From: Planctomycetota bacterium
GTDB lineage: Bacteria; Planctomycetota; SZUA-567; H5-PLA8
DNA length: 64,000 nt
Assembly: GCA_038227875.1 (NCBI GenBank)
Contig: JBBRPR010000011.1
Span: forward strand, 64,001 to 128,000
Reading direction: 5' to 3'
The translations under genes were made by a program, and so were the position numbers. The notes under the pieces were generated by a model. The model saw only the letters and a program-made list of their open reading frames with translations. It had not been told where the DNA came from and ran no database searches. Below are positions 28,558 through 38,956 of this stretch, in pieces. How positions within the stretch are numbered: the first letter of the stretch is position 1; each line of letters starts with the position of its first letter.

Positions 28558-31500
28558 ATGAATTATCGCACCTTCCGGTTCGTTGCGTGGCCTCTTTTAA
28601 TGTTGATCCTATTTCCTGCGGCCGCGGAAGATTCGGTGACTGTTCCACGCGTGCAGAAAGCTCCGGAGATCGATGGGAAACTTGACGACGCGTGCTGGGC
28701 CGGCGCAGCGGTGCTGAAGTCGTTCAGCGCTCCTGGCAAGGCGGATGCGCCTCCGAAAAAACCGGTCGAAGCGCGGATCTGCACCGACGGCGAGTCGCTC
28801 TACATCGGTATCGTGCTGAGTGAACCCGAGCCTGCGAAAATGCGCGTGCAGTCCACCGTTCGCAACGAGAACGTCTGGACCGACGACTGCGCGGAAGTTT
28901 GGATTCGCACGACGTCCAACAAAATGGATCTCGACCAGTTCCTGGTGAACTCCATCGCCACGCAAGGCGAACAGCGGCAGCGCTCCGGCGCGCGCCAGGA
29001 TTGGAAACCGGCGTGGACGGTGAAGACGTCGAAGGGCGCCGATCAATGGACTGTCGAGATGAAAATTCCGGCGGCAGATTTGAATCTCGACGCATTCCGG
29101 TCAGGCATGCTGCTGGGACTGCGCATCGGCCGCGAAGATTACGCCAGCAACCCGACGGACTACGTGACGTGGCCGGCCGGCGGGCCGTACTCCGGATTTG
29201 AAGGTCTCGGCCAGGCGTTCATCGAGAACAGCAATTGCGTCGAGAGCCCCGCGATGGAAGCGCTCAAGCCGTGGGGCATCGACGCCAACGACGCGAAAAA
29301 TTTCGAGTCGGCACAGGACGGCGCGGACAAGGTCATCCGGATTCACGCGCCGAACCGCTACTGCGCGATGTCGCAGGACCTGCGGCTGCAGCCCAACGCG
29401 CAGTACCGGCTCTCGGCGGAGATCAAAGCCAGCGGCCCGATGTATGTCCGCGTTCGCGCGCCGCAAGCGGATAAGAAAATCGATGAGAAGGTTGACCTGA
29501 GCGCCGAAAAAAGCGACGCGTATACGCCGTACTTCAAACGCTTCACTACCGGGCCTGATGGCAAAGCGATGGTCATCGTCGGCGTCACGGAGACCAGCGG
29601 CACAGGCGATTTTTCCCTCCGCAATCTGCGCGTCGAACGCGACAACAATCAAAGCGACACGGGCCAGGCGATCCCGGTGAAGGCCGGCGAGACGCTCACC
29701 GTAACCAAGCTGATCGTCACCGACTGCCGCGCGCTGAAAGGTTTCATCGGCGCGCCGGTCGACGGCACGCTGAAGAGCGGCCAATGGGACAACGGTTATT
29801 GGGAGTACAACCAACCGGGCTGCGGCGCGGGCGTGGGCTACGACTACCACAACAACGACGGCCTCCACATTACGTTCGCCGACAAGGAAGGATTCAACTT
29901 CGCGGTCGTGCGCGGTGGCGTGAAGGCGCAGCTCTACCGTGATTGCCCGAAGTATGACAGCCCGGATGGTGGGAAGCTGGTCTACGAATTCCCCGGCAGC
30001 GCACAGAATTCGCGCGCGTGGTTTCCGGAAGCGGTGCCGACGAATAAGGTGAGTTTTTTCAATGTCAGCGACGGGTTGATTGCGGATTGTTCGTTTTTCA
30101 GGGTGAAGTCTGACGCGGTAAAGGCGAATGATACAACTCGACTGTTTGTTCCCGAGGCGAAAGAACTATTGCCCGAGGGAATGACCAAAAATAGATTGGA
30201 GGAGCGTTTCAGCGCGGATCAACGCCAATCCTCTCCGTTGTATTTTTGCCATGCGAACGAGGAAGACCTTCTTAAGCGCCGCATGTCAACCACCATGGGT
30301 GCCGGCAAGGCAGTCCAATTCATTTCATTTCCTCTTACGCAAGAAATGACTTTCAGCGCGATTGAACTCATTGCAAATGTCAACGGTGACCCAACACTGA
30401 CGAAAATTCCGTTCACGATTCGCGTCCAAGATCCGCTGAACCCGCGCTTGGAACTTCATGGTGCAGATTACGAACTCGACAAACCTGGGAACATCGACAT
30501 CGTCTGCGATTTTCCGGACCAGATCGTGCCGAAGGGTTCGCAAATCTGGATTACAGTCCGCTTCGATCGTGCTGTTACATTGCAGGCTCCACTATTTGTC
30601 CTCCACACTATTCCCCGCGAACAAGCCTTCCCCCAGGCGCTTGAGCATCGCAAATTCCTGCTCCGCAATTTCTACGCGGTGATGAGCGAAGCGCGGCCGT
30701 GGAACGGGTTCAACAATCAAGGCGACGTCGATAAGGTGACGACCAGCACCTCTCCTGACAAGGCGTGGGTCAAGGAAGTGCTCGAAACGCTCGACCAGTG
30801 CCGTGCGATCGACAAAGACGGCACCGACAACACCGTCCGGCAGTATTACGAATGGATCTACCGCCAGGTGCTGCGGAAGAAGAAGCAGTGGCCCGACTTC
30901 CCGACAAAGTTCGACACGATCGACGGCGTCCCGGAATGGGCGGCGCTGGTCCACCAAGCGTGGATGCAAGTCCGCGCGGTGCCGAAGTGGTGGATCGAAA
31001 ACCGCATGGTCGACAACGGTGAACTGGGCGGGCAAGTCAACGATGACACCGACATGTTCGGCAACTACGCCAGCTTCCCAATGTTTGAACGCGACGGCAT
31101 CGGCGGCCTGTGCCTGAAAGCCGGCGCGAAACTCGCGGCGTATGCGGAGGTCAACAACCTCGAGGACGGGCTCAACAAGAACACGATGGACGCGCTCCAC
31201 GCGTACGAAGAAGGCGTCAACCACGAGTCATACATGTTCTGGTGGTTCTACGGCGATCCGGTCTACTTCGAACGCTGCCTCAACGCAGCGCGCTCGGTGG
31301 AGAAGATCACGTTCCTGACACCCAGCGGCCACCGCCACTTTAAGTCGCTGGAAGAAATCGGCTCATCGGATCTGCACCTGACGCGGAAGATGAGCGTCGA
31401 CGGCGAATTCATGCACCTCTTCATGCATCCGGTACTCGAAGTCGCGTGGTACACGCACCACCCGCGCGTGCTCAAAACACTGCGCGAATGGGGAGACGGC

Positions 31501-32601
31501 TGGCTGGATCATTACGCCAAAGCGCCGGCCGGAGAGTTTCCAAAATTTATCGATCCGGCGACGGACACGGTGAAGACATATGAGAAGTCGCCCTTCCCCG
31601 GCTGCTGGGGCGGCGAAGGTTCGGCGTACACGTTCCTCGCCGATGTGACCGGCGATAAGAAGTACGTGAAGCCGCTAACCGATTTTGCGATGGCCGACAA
31701 ACAGAACTCCATCGCGCCGTACCTGCCGGAACTGATCGCGATGGGTTCCTTCAAAAATCCCGCGCAGGAAGTTCCCGACGCGATTGCAAAGAACTGGACC
31801 GCGGCGCTGTACACCTCCGGCGATACTGCGCCGTTCGTTGCGGCGATCAAGAAAGACATCGAAGAGCTCCAGCGCTTCCCGCATATGTATACGACGGTCG
31901 AATGCTTCACCGACCGTGTTTTTCTATACCCGTTGATTAACCCGGCAATCGCGTACACCGGCGGTTATGCAACGCGCAACAAGATCAACCAGACGTGCGC
32001 GGTGAGCTGGGAAGGACTGGGCACCGACTTCGCTGCGCTGGTCACGCACCGCGACAACACGAGCCTCAAGGTACTGGTCTGCAACATTTCCGACGCGCCG
32101 CTGAAGGGCGTGGCGCGCGTCTGGGCGTTGGATCACGGCGAGTACAACGTCTCGTTCACTGAAGAAGGCAAAGCCGCAGCGCCGCAAAAACTGGAGCTGG
32201 CTCGCGGCGACACGGTCGCCATCGCCATGCCTAAGAAGGGCGTCTGGACACTGGAGATCACGCAGACGAAGGTGCTCGAGGCGATCTACGACCGCGCCGA
32301 TCTGGCACTCTCGCCGCTCGACACGAAGTTCGAAAACGGAAAAGTCTCCAGCTTCGTGCACAATATTGGTGTAAAGGATGTCGATGAAGTCGTCGTCGCG
32401 CTGGTGGACGACAAGGGCAAAACGGTGGCGACGAAAAAGCTCGGCAAGCTGGCCGCACCGATTGATCTTGTGCCGAAGTCCGTACCGTTTACATTTGAGA
32501 ACGTGCCGGCGGACGCGAAGGGCTGGAGTGTGGTCGTTGATCCGGAAAACACGATCGCGGAGATCTTTAAAGGGAACAATCGCGTGACGATCGGCCAATG
32601 A
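28558..32601 (+). CDS. Large secreted multidomain protein (N-terminal CBM9-like, CBM4/9-like, helical core, C-terminal CARDB-like)
   Basis: Signal peptide, PEIDGKLDDACW..DDCAEVWI..WTVEMKIP, C-terminal VDPENTIAEIFKGNN. Confidence 0.75.
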   Translation: MNYRTFRFVAWPLLMLILFPAAAEDSVTVPRVQKAPEIDGKLDDACWAGAAVLKSFSAPGKADAPPKKPVEARICTDGESLYIGIVLSEPEPAKMRVQSTVRNENVWTDDCAEVWIRTTSNKMDLDQFLVNSIATQGEQRQRSGARQDWKPAWTVKTSKGADQWTVEMKIPAADLNLDAFRSGMLLGLRIGREDYASNPTDYVTWPAGGPYSGFEGLGQAFIENSNCVESPAMEALKPWGIDANDAKNFESAQDGADKVIRIHAPNRYCAMSQDLRLQPNAQYRLSAEIKASGPMYVRVRAPQADKKIDEKVDLSAEKSDAYTPYFKRFTTGPDGKAMVIVGVTETSGTGDFSLRNLRVERDNNQSDTGQAIPVKAGETLTVTKLIVTDCRALKGFIGAPVDGTLKSGQWDNGYWEYNQPGCGAGVGYDYHNNDGLHITFADKEGFNFAVVRGGVKAQLYRDCPKYDSPDGGKLVYEFPGSAQNSRAWFPEAVPTNKVSFFNVSDGLIADCSFFRVKSDAVKANDTTRLFVPEAKELLPEGMTKNRLEERFSADQRQSSPLYFCHANEEDLLKRRMSTTMGAGKAVQFISFPLTQEMTFSAIELIANVNGDPTLTKIPFTIRVQDPLNPRLELHGADYELDKPGNIDIVCDFPDQIVPKGSQIWITVRFDRAVTLQAPLFVLHTIPREQAFPQALEHRKFLLRNFYAVMSEARPWNGFNNQGDVDKVTTSTSPDKAWVKEVLETLDQCRAIDKDGTDNTVRQYYEWIYRQVLRKKKQWPDFPTKFDTIDGVPEWAALVHQAWMQVRAVPKWWIENRMVDNGELGGQVNDDTDMFGNYASFPMFERDGIGGLCLKAGAKLAAYAEVNNLEDGLNKNTMDALHAYEEGVNHESYMFWWFYGDPVYFERCLNAARSVEKITFLTPSGHRHFKSLEEIGSSDLHLTRKMSVDGEFMHLFMHPVLEVAWYTHHPRVLKTLREWGDGWLDHYAKAPAGEFPKFIDPATDTVKTYEKSPFPGCWGGEGSAYTFLADVTGDKKYVKPLTDFAMADKQNSIAPYLPELIAMGSFKNPAQEVPDAIAKNWTAALYTSGDTAPFVAAIKKDIEELQRFPHMYTTVECFTDRVFLYPLINPAIAYTGGYATRNKINQTCAVSWEGLGTDFAALVTHRDNTSLKVLVCNISDAPLKGVARVWALDHGEYNVSFTEEGKAAAPQKLELARGDTVAIAMPKKGVWTLEITQTKVLEAIYDRADLALSPLDTKFENGKVSSFVHNIGVKDVDEVVVALVDDKGKTVATKKLGKLAAPIDLVPKSVPFTFENVPADAKGWSVVVDPENTIAEIFKGNNRVTIGQ

Positions 32602-32708
32602 TCGCGATTGCTGAATATTCAGGTAGAAATGTTTTGAAAATCGTCTTTCGGAGTAGTACGTTTACGTACCATTGAATTCCAGCCGAAATCAGGGAGAACA
32701 AATTCCTC

Positions 32709-33917
32709 ATGCTCACTACTCACCGCGCCCGGATTATCACGTTGTTCCTGATCGCTGGAACGTTCTGCGCTGTTGGAGCTCAAGCCGCCACCACGGTCTA
32801 CTGGCTGCGCGACGGCAGCGGCATCTATCCAGACGTCACGCCGCCGACCGAATTCAACGACGGCAAGAAGGACACGGTGGTCTGGAAAGCGGTGGTGGGT
32901 AAGAGCTACTCGTCTCCGATCATCGCCAATGGAACGGTCTTCATCACCAGTGAGCCGTACGATACGGTCGCGGTCGACTTCGCCTCCGGCAAGGTGCTCT
33001 GGAAAACGTCCACGGCCGTAACGGATCTGCCCAAGGATCAGCAGGGCCAAGTGGTCGAATCCCCGCACGAAAGCGGCAGCGCGGCGGCGACGCCGGCGTT
33101 CTGCGATGACATCGTCTACAGCACATTTGGCAATGGCATGGTCGTGGCGTACGAGGCGAAAACCGGCAAACGCGTGTGGACGCAGGCGATCAATGCGGCG
33201 CCGAATTCGATGGAAGGGCGCAGCGCTTCGCCGATCGTTGTCGACGACTTGCTCATCGTTCATCTGACGGATCTCTGCGGCCTGGAATTGAAGACCGGCA
33301 AGGTGCGCTGGCGGACCGACAAGGCCACGGACGCATACGGCACGCCGACGGTCTGCACGATTGGCGCCGACAAAGTCATCGTCACGCCGAAGGGCGCATT
33401 CGTGAAGGCCTCCGACGGGAAGCTCGTCGGCCAGGTGGATGCCACGATGGGCTTCGGCGGCCCGATCGTGGTCAAGAACAAGGCGTGTTTCGTCGACTCG
33501 ACGGTCGTGATCTTCGAGATGCCGGAGAAGCTCACCGACGCGCCCTTCACGAAGTTGAAGGAATACTGGGTCGAGAGCATTGAAGGCCAGACCTACTCCA
33601 CCCCGCTGTTCGTCGACGGGCTGCTCTATTCGGTCACAGCCGACGGAAAGATGACGATTTTCAATCTGGAGAAGAAGACCAAGACCGAGAAGGTGTTCGA
33701 ACTATCCAGCGACACATACCCCTCGCCGCAGCTGGCCGGGAAGAACATTTTCATCGGCAACGACAAGGGCAAGTACATTGTCCTGGAGCCCGGCGCCGAC
33801 CCGAAGATCGTGGCGACCAACGAGCTCTCCGAAGGCGGAGCGGATGCGCCGGCGTTCTCTGGCAAGAGCATCGTGCTGCGCGTTGGGGATACGCTTTACC
33901 GCTTTGAAAAGAAGTAA
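32709..33917 (+). CDS. PQQ-binding-like (BamB-type) beta-propeller protein
   Basis: Signal peptide, SSPII, repeated GK..W blades. Confidence 0.9.
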   Translation: MLTTHRARIITLFLIAGTFCAVGAQAATTVYWLRDGSGIYPDVTPPTEFNDGKKDTVVWKAVVGKSYSSPIIANGTVFITSEPYDTVAVDFASGKVLWKTSTAVTDLPKDQQGQVVESPHESGSAAATPAFCDDIVYSTFGNGMVVAYEAKTGKRVWTQAINAAPNSMEGRSASPIVVDDLLIVHLTDLCGLELKTGKVRWRTDKATDAYGTPTVCTIGADKVIVTPKGAFVKASDGKLVGQVDATMGFGGPIVVKNKACFVDSTVVIFEMPEKLTDAPFTKLKEYWVESIEGQTYSTPLFVDGLLYSVTADGKMTIFNLEKKTKTEKVFELSSDTYPSPQLAGKNIFIGNDKGKYIVLEPGADPKIVATNELSEGGADAPAFSGKSIVLRVGDTLYRFEKK

Positions 33918-34198
33918 TGGCGTAGCGCATAGTTAGCGCGCATCAAGAACTACGCAGCGAAACCTTCAAGACACACGGTAGCAAGGAGCAAGCAAACGGC
34001 CGCTTGCTCCCTGTCACACAGCCGCACTGCGCACTATCTACATTCAACCTATTCATCAAATTCTTTTCTTTGCGTCTTGGCGTCTTTGCGCGAGATTACA
34101 AACACGTTTTGCCGCTGCGGCGCGTCCGTTAGTCGCTTGACATTGCGCCCCGTGCACGCAACCTTGTCAGTTTTGCTGCACCCGTTACGGAGATCAGT

Positions 34199-35170
34199 AT
34201 GGCCCACGGACTCAAGCACCGCGAGCGGATTGAACCGGCGCCGCCGAGCAGGCGGGTTCAGACCGAGGCACAGTTCCGAAAATGTGACGCCTGCGGAGAA
34301 ACGCTCTTCGTTAAAGAGCTCCTGAAAGCCCTCGATGTCTGCAAGGTTTGCGGACACCACTTTAAAATCAACTCCACCCGCCGCATCGAAGTGACGCTCG
34401 ATCCCGATAGCTTCAAAGAGATCGACGCCAATCTCGAATCCATCGACCCGCTGGAATTCAAAGGTCGCCGCCCGTACCGCGAACGCTTGAAAGACGCGCA
34501 GCGCAAGACCGGCCTGAAAGACGCCGTCGTCTGCGGCGAAGGTTCGATCGAAGGCATTCCCATTGTCATCGCGGTGATGGACTACTATTTTATCGGCGCG
34601 TCGATGGGCTCGGTGGTCGGCGAGAAAATCACCCGCGCCATTGAACTGGCGACGGAAACGAAGAAGCCGGTAATCCTCGTCTGCTGCTCCGGCGGCGCGC
34701 GCATGGACGAAGGCGTGCTCTCGCTGATGCAGATGGCCAAGACCTCCGCGGCGCTTTACCGGCACCACCAGGCCGGGCTGATCTGCATTGATCTGCTGAC
34801 GGACCCGACTCTTGCTGGCGTCTCGGCCAGCTTCGCGTTTCTCGGCGACCTGATCATTGCCGAACCCCGCGCCATGATCGGCTTCACCGGCGCGCGCGTG
34901 ATCATGGACACGATCAAGAAGCAGCTGCCCGAAGGCTTCCAGGAATCCGAATTCCTGCTCGAGCACGGCCAGATCGATATGGTCGTCGAACGCAAGAACA
35001 TGCGTCAGACGCTCGCCAACATTTTAAAATACGTGGTGACGTCGGAACCCAAACCGGTGGCGGAAGTCGTCACGGAAACGGTTCGCCTGCCGCATGCCAA
35101 CGGCATCGCCAAGCGCGCGCGGCCCGTCAACAAGGCCGCCAAGAAGGCCCAGAAAAAGAAGAAGCGTTAA
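34199..35170 (+). CDS. accD: Acetyl-CoA carboxylase carboxyltransferase beta subunit
   Basis: CDAC..CKVC zinc finger, GASMGSVVGEKITRA, SGGARMDEG, LPEGFQESEFLLEHG. Confidence 0.97.
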   Translation: MAHGLKHRERIEPAPPSRRVQTEAQFRKCDACGETLFVKELLKALDVCKVCGHHFKINSTRRIEVTLDPDSFKEIDANLESIDPLEFKGRRPYRERLKDAQRKTGLKDAVVCGEGSIEGIPIVIAVMDYYFIGASMGSVVGEKITRAIELATETKKPVILVCCSGGARMDEGVLSLMQMAKTSAALYRHHQAGLICIDLLTDPTLAGVSASFAFLGDLIIAEPRAMIGFTGARVIMDTIKKQLPEGFQESEFLLEHGQIDMVVERKNMRQTLANILKYVVTSEPKPVAEVVTETVRLPHANGIAKRARPVNKAAKKAQKKKKR

Positions 35171-35229
35171 GCCATTCCAATTCGATTCCCGTTGACTTCC
35201 ACGGCACTGGAGCCCGACGAGCTTAAAAC

Positions 35230-36372
35230 ATGTCCACAAAAATTACCCTCAGCCAGACCCGCCAGGACGAATTCAACATCAAGCTCGGGCGCATCCGCCA
35301 ATATCTGGGAAAGAAGGGGTGGAATGGCGTTGCCCTCTCGACTCAGGCGCTGTTCGCGTTCGCGACAGCCGGGGGCGACAACCACGTCAGCCAGGCCAGC
35401 GAGTACGGCATCGCGCACGTGCTGATCACCGGCGACACAGTTACGGTGCTTTCAAACAACATCGAGATCCCGCGCCTGAAGGCCGAAGAATTCGACGGCA
35501 TCGACACCACCGGGATCGAATTCTGGGACTGTCCCTGGTACGAAGACCACAAAATCGTCGGCGAAATTGCGCGGCGCATGGGCAAGAATCCCTACGGATC
35601 AGATTCCGGGCTGCCGGGCTCGACGGGAATCAGTGATGAATTCTGGGCGCTGACCTACGGACTGACCGACCGCGAAATCGAACGCTACCGCGTCCTGGGC
35701 CGCGACTGTTCCAAGGCCATGGAAGAAGCGCTCGAACAGGTCAAGCCGGGAGTCACCGAACATTCCGTCGGCGGGCTGATCTGCAAGGCGCTGCTGGATC
35801 ATTCGGTGCGGCCGCACGTGATTCTCGTCGCGTCTGACGAACGCGTCTTCTCTTTCCGCCATCCGCCGCCGGAAGCCAAGAAAGTGAAGAAACACCTGAT
35901 GGCCGTGCTCTGCGGAAAACGCGGCGGCTTGATTATCAATCTCACGCGCATGCTTCACTTTGCCGCGAAGTTACCGCCGGATCTCGAGCGCAAACATCAG
36001 GCGGTCTGCGAAGTCGATGTCGCTTACAACGCCGGCACAAAAATCGGTCGCACCGCCAAGGATGTGCTCGCCGATGGCATTGCCGAATATGAGAAGCACG
36101 ACTTCAGCGAAGAATGGAAACTGCACCACCAGGGCGGTCCGACCGGCTATCAAGGCCGCAGTTACCGCGGCACACCGACGGAAACGCGTGTCGTGCTTGA
36201 ACGCCAGGCGTATGCGTGGAATCCGTCGATCACAGGCACCAAGAGTGAAGACACTATTCTCGTGCAGAACGGGTCGATCGAATTCCTGTCCGGCCCCACG
36301 AAAGATTGGCCCACGCTGACCGTGAAGCGTGACGGCAAGACCTACAAGCGCCCTGCGATCAAGCTGGTTTAA
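35230..36372 (+). CDS. M24 (pita-bread fold) peptidase-like protein
   Basis: LTR, HHQGGPTGY, WNPSITGTKSEDT. Confidence 0.85.
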   Translation: MSTKITLSQTRQDEFNIKLGRIRQYLGKKGWNGVALSTQALFAFATAGGDNHVSQASEYGIAHVLITGDTVTVLSNNIEIPRLKAEEFDGIDTTGIEFWDCPWYEDHKIVGEIARRMGKNPYGSDSGLPGSTGISDEFWALTYGLTDREIERYRVLGRDCSKAMEEALEQVKPGVTEHSVGGLICKALLDHSVRPHVILVASDERVFSFRHPPPEAKKVKKHLMAVLCGKRGGLIINLTRMLHFAAKLPPDLERKHQAVCEVDVAYNAGTKIGRTAKDVLADGIAEYEKHDFSEEWKLHHQGGPTGYQGRSYRGTPTETRVVLERQAYAWNPSITGTKSEDTILVQNGSIEFLSGPTKDWPTLTVKRDGKTYKRPAIKLV

Positions 36373-36398
36373 CGATTCCACACGGAGAGTCCGTACAG

Positions 36399-36749
36399 AT
36401 GGAAATTCAGAAAGTTAAAGACGTCGTCATCTTTAAGCTCACGCCCGCCGACCTCTCCGACGCGCGTAACATGCAGCGCATCATCGAGAATCTGCTGAAA
36501 GTAGACGGTGAAAAGAAATTCGTCGCCGACCTTACCGCCGTCGACAGCATCTACAGCCTGCAGATCGGCACGCTGGTGACCATGCATGTCCTCTGCTACG
36601 AAAACGTGGCGATTATGAAACTCGCCAGCGTCAATCCGAAGGTTCAGAACATCCTGCGCATTGTCGGATTGGAAACGCTGATGGAAATGCACCACGGCGC
36701 GGAAATCGCGGCAGAGAGCTTCAGCGGCAAGCCGCCTAAGATTAAGTAA
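36399..36749 (+). CDS. STAS-domain (anti-sigma factor antagonist-like) protein
   Basis: VADLTAVDSIYSLQIGTLV, VQNILRIVGL. Confidence 0.8.
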   Translation: MEIQKVKDVVIFKLTPADLSDARNMQRIIENLLKVDGEKKFVADLTAVDSIYSLQIGTLVTMHVLCYENVAIMKLASVNPKVQNILRIVGLETLMEMHHGAEIAAESFSGKPPKIK

Positions 36750-36842
36750 CTGCCTCTCGATTAATTCCTCCTGACCGTCTGACAACTTGAAATTATAAAC
36801 GCTTAATTTGATTGACTTTAAATTAATTCAAGCGCTAGCTTC

Positions 36843-36881
36843 TTGACAATTCAAATGTTCATTTTATATTTATGTTTGAAT
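36843..36881 (+). promoter_or_regulatory. Promoter with overlapping inverted-repeat operator for the tetR-emrAB operon
   Basis: TTGACA-16-TATATT; ATTCAAA (36849-36855) ... TTTGAAT (36875-36881) inverted repeat. Confidence 0.55.
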
Positions 36882-36894
36882 CGAGGATTTAGAC

Positions 36895-37536
36895 ATGGCT
36901 AGTCACGAGACCCTCCCCTCTACCACCCGAGAACGATTGCTGGAAGCGGCCGGTGAATCGTTTGCCGAACATGGATTTCAAGGCGCGACGATCAAGGACA
37001 TTTGTCTGCGCGCGGAAGCGAACATCGCGGCGGTCAATTACCACTTCCGCGACAAGAACACGCTTTACCTGGAGGTGCTCCGCTACGCGCAAAAGTACGC
37101 GCGCGAAAAGTACCCCAACCCGATGCCGGACTCGGGGCTCGCGGCCGAAGAGCGGCTGCGGGAGTATGTCGTGAAATTCATGATGCGAATTCTCGACACG
37201 GGACGACCCGCGTGGCATAGCAAATTGATGGCGCGCGAAATGGTCGACCCGACTGCGGCTCTGGACGAAGTCGTGAAGGAGACCATCTCACCGAACTTCT
37301 CCATCTTATTCAATATCGTTCAGGAATTGCTCGGAGAGAAATTTAATACCGAAGAGGTCAGGCTCAGCACCTCCAGTGTGCTCTCCCAGTGCCTCTTCTA
37401 CTTTCATTGCCGCAACGTGATCGAACGCCTGAATCCGGGCTTCGAATATTCCGAACCCAATATCCGCAACATCGCCGCGCACATCGCCGACTTCTCGCTG
37501 GCGGCAATCGCAAAAATCCGCGCGGACCGCGAGTAA
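36895..37536 (+). CDS. TetR-family regulator (CecR/DUF1956-type C-terminus)
   Basis: TRERLLEAAGESFAEHGF, AVNYHFRDK HTH, HIADFSLAAI. Confidence 0.92.
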   Translation: MASHETLPSTTRERLLEAAGESFAEHGFQGATIKDICLRAEANIAAVNYHFRDKNTLYLEVLRYAQKYAREKYPNPMPDSGLAAEERLREYVVKFMMRILDTGRPAWHSKLMAREMVDPTAALDEVVKETISPNFSILFNIVQELLGEKFNTEEVRLSTSSVLSQCLFYFHCRNVIERLNPGFEYSEPNIRNIAAHIADFSLAAIAKIRADRE

Positions 37537-37558
37537 GACGCACTGGGAGAACGACACC

Positions 37559-38956
37559 ATGATTACGGAAGAACTCGAATCCACCGACGCGGCCAGCCCG
37601 CCGAAAAATACGCCCCCCGCTCCGTCCCAGCCCCCAGCCGAGAAGCCGACGACTGCAGTGCCCTCGAGCCGCAGAAAGTACTTGCTTGTGTTCGGCGCGA
37701 TCATCCTGGTCGTCGCTGCCGTTGCCGGTCAGCGACTTCTCGCGTTCTGGTCCCAGTATCAGTCGACCGACGATGCGTTCATCGACGGCCACATCATTCC
37801 CACCAGCGCGCGCGTCGCCGGTCATGTGGCGAAAGTGCATGTCGAAGACAACCAGCTTGTGAAATCTGGTGATCTGCTCGTGGAAATCGATCCGCGTGAC
37901 TACGAGACCAAGCTCGCGCAGGCGAAGGCCGCACTGCAGGTGCTCGAAGCAAAGAAGAAAGCCGCTGAAGATACCGCCGCGATGACCCGCACCACTTCTG
38001 CCGCGGCCGTCGCTCAAGCGCAAGCCAATGTCGCCCTTGCCCGCGCGGCCGTGCAGACTGCCGCGGCCGACATCGAAGCCGCGAAGGGCCGCCAGGCGCG
38101 CGCGGATGCCGAGATCGTTTCCGCGAAGGCCAAGATCGAACAGGCGCAGGCACAGGCGACCGCGACCGATGCCTACGTCACGCGCACCCAGCAGGATGTC
38201 GACCGCTACAAGCTTGCCGTCGAAGCCAGCGCCGGATCGCGCCAGCAGTACGAATATGCCATCGCCGCTCACGACGCGGCCGTCGCGGTGCTCGATGCCG
38301 CGCAAAAGTCGGTTGCATCGGCGCAGGCGAATCTGAATTCCGAGCTCGCGGCGAAGTCCTCCGTTGCCGCCGAGGCCGAACAGTCGGCGTCGCGGAAGGT
38401 CGAAGCAGAGGCGCGCGTCAACGACGCTCTGGGAAAATTGGCCTCGGCACTGTCGGCGCCGCAGCAGATCGCCGTCGCCGACTCGGAAGTCGTCGCCATG
38501 GCCGCGCAAGTCGAGCAGGCCCGTGCCGCGCTGCGGCAGGCGGAGCTGGATCTTTCGTACACTAAAGTCTTCGCCACGGAAGACGGCCGCGTGACGCGCA
38601 AGTCTGTGGAAAACGGCGCGTACATCCAGGCCGGCGAAACACTGCTGGCACTGGTCCCGCAGAATGTCTGGATCACCGCGAATTTTAAAGAGACCCAACT
38701 GACCGACATGAAAGCCGGCAATGCCGTCGACGTCACCATCGACGCGTATCCCGGAAAGTCCTTCAAGGCTCATGTCGAAAGCATCCAGTCGGGAACCGGC
38801 GCGCGCTTCGCGCTCCTTCCTCCGGAGAATGCAACGGGCAACTTCGTAAAGGTCGTCCAGCGTGTGCCGGTCAAGATTACCTTCGACGTTCCCGCCAGCG
38901 CTGACGTCCTTCTGGCGCCAGGCATGTCAGTCGTTCCTGAGGTGAAAGTCAAATGA
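37559..38956 (+). CDS. EmrA/HlyD-family membrane fusion protein
   Basis: STDDAFI, ANFKETQL, LLPPENATGNFVKVVQRVPV. Confidence 0.95.
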   Translation: MITEELESTDAASPPKNTPPAPSQPPAEKPTTAVPSSRRKYLLVFGAIILVVAAVAGQRLLAFWSQYQSTDDAFIDGHIIPTSARVAGHVAKVHVEDNQLVKSGDLLVEIDPRDYETKLAQAKAALQVLEAKKKAAEDTAAMTRTTSAAAVAQAQANVALARAAVQTAAADIEAAKGRQARADAEIVSAKAKIEQAQAQATATDAYVTRTQQDVDRYKLAVEASAGSRQQYEYAIAAHDAAVAVLDAAQKSVASAQANLNSELAAKSSVAAEAEQSASRKVEAEARVNDALGKLASALSAPQQIAVADSEVVAMAAQVEQARAALRQAELDLSYTKVFATEDGRVTRKSVENGAYIQAGETLLALVPQNVWITANFKETQLTDMKAGNAVDVTIDAYPGKSFKAHVESIQSGTGARFALLPPENATGNFVKVVQRVPVKITFDVPASADVLLAPGMSVVPEVKVK

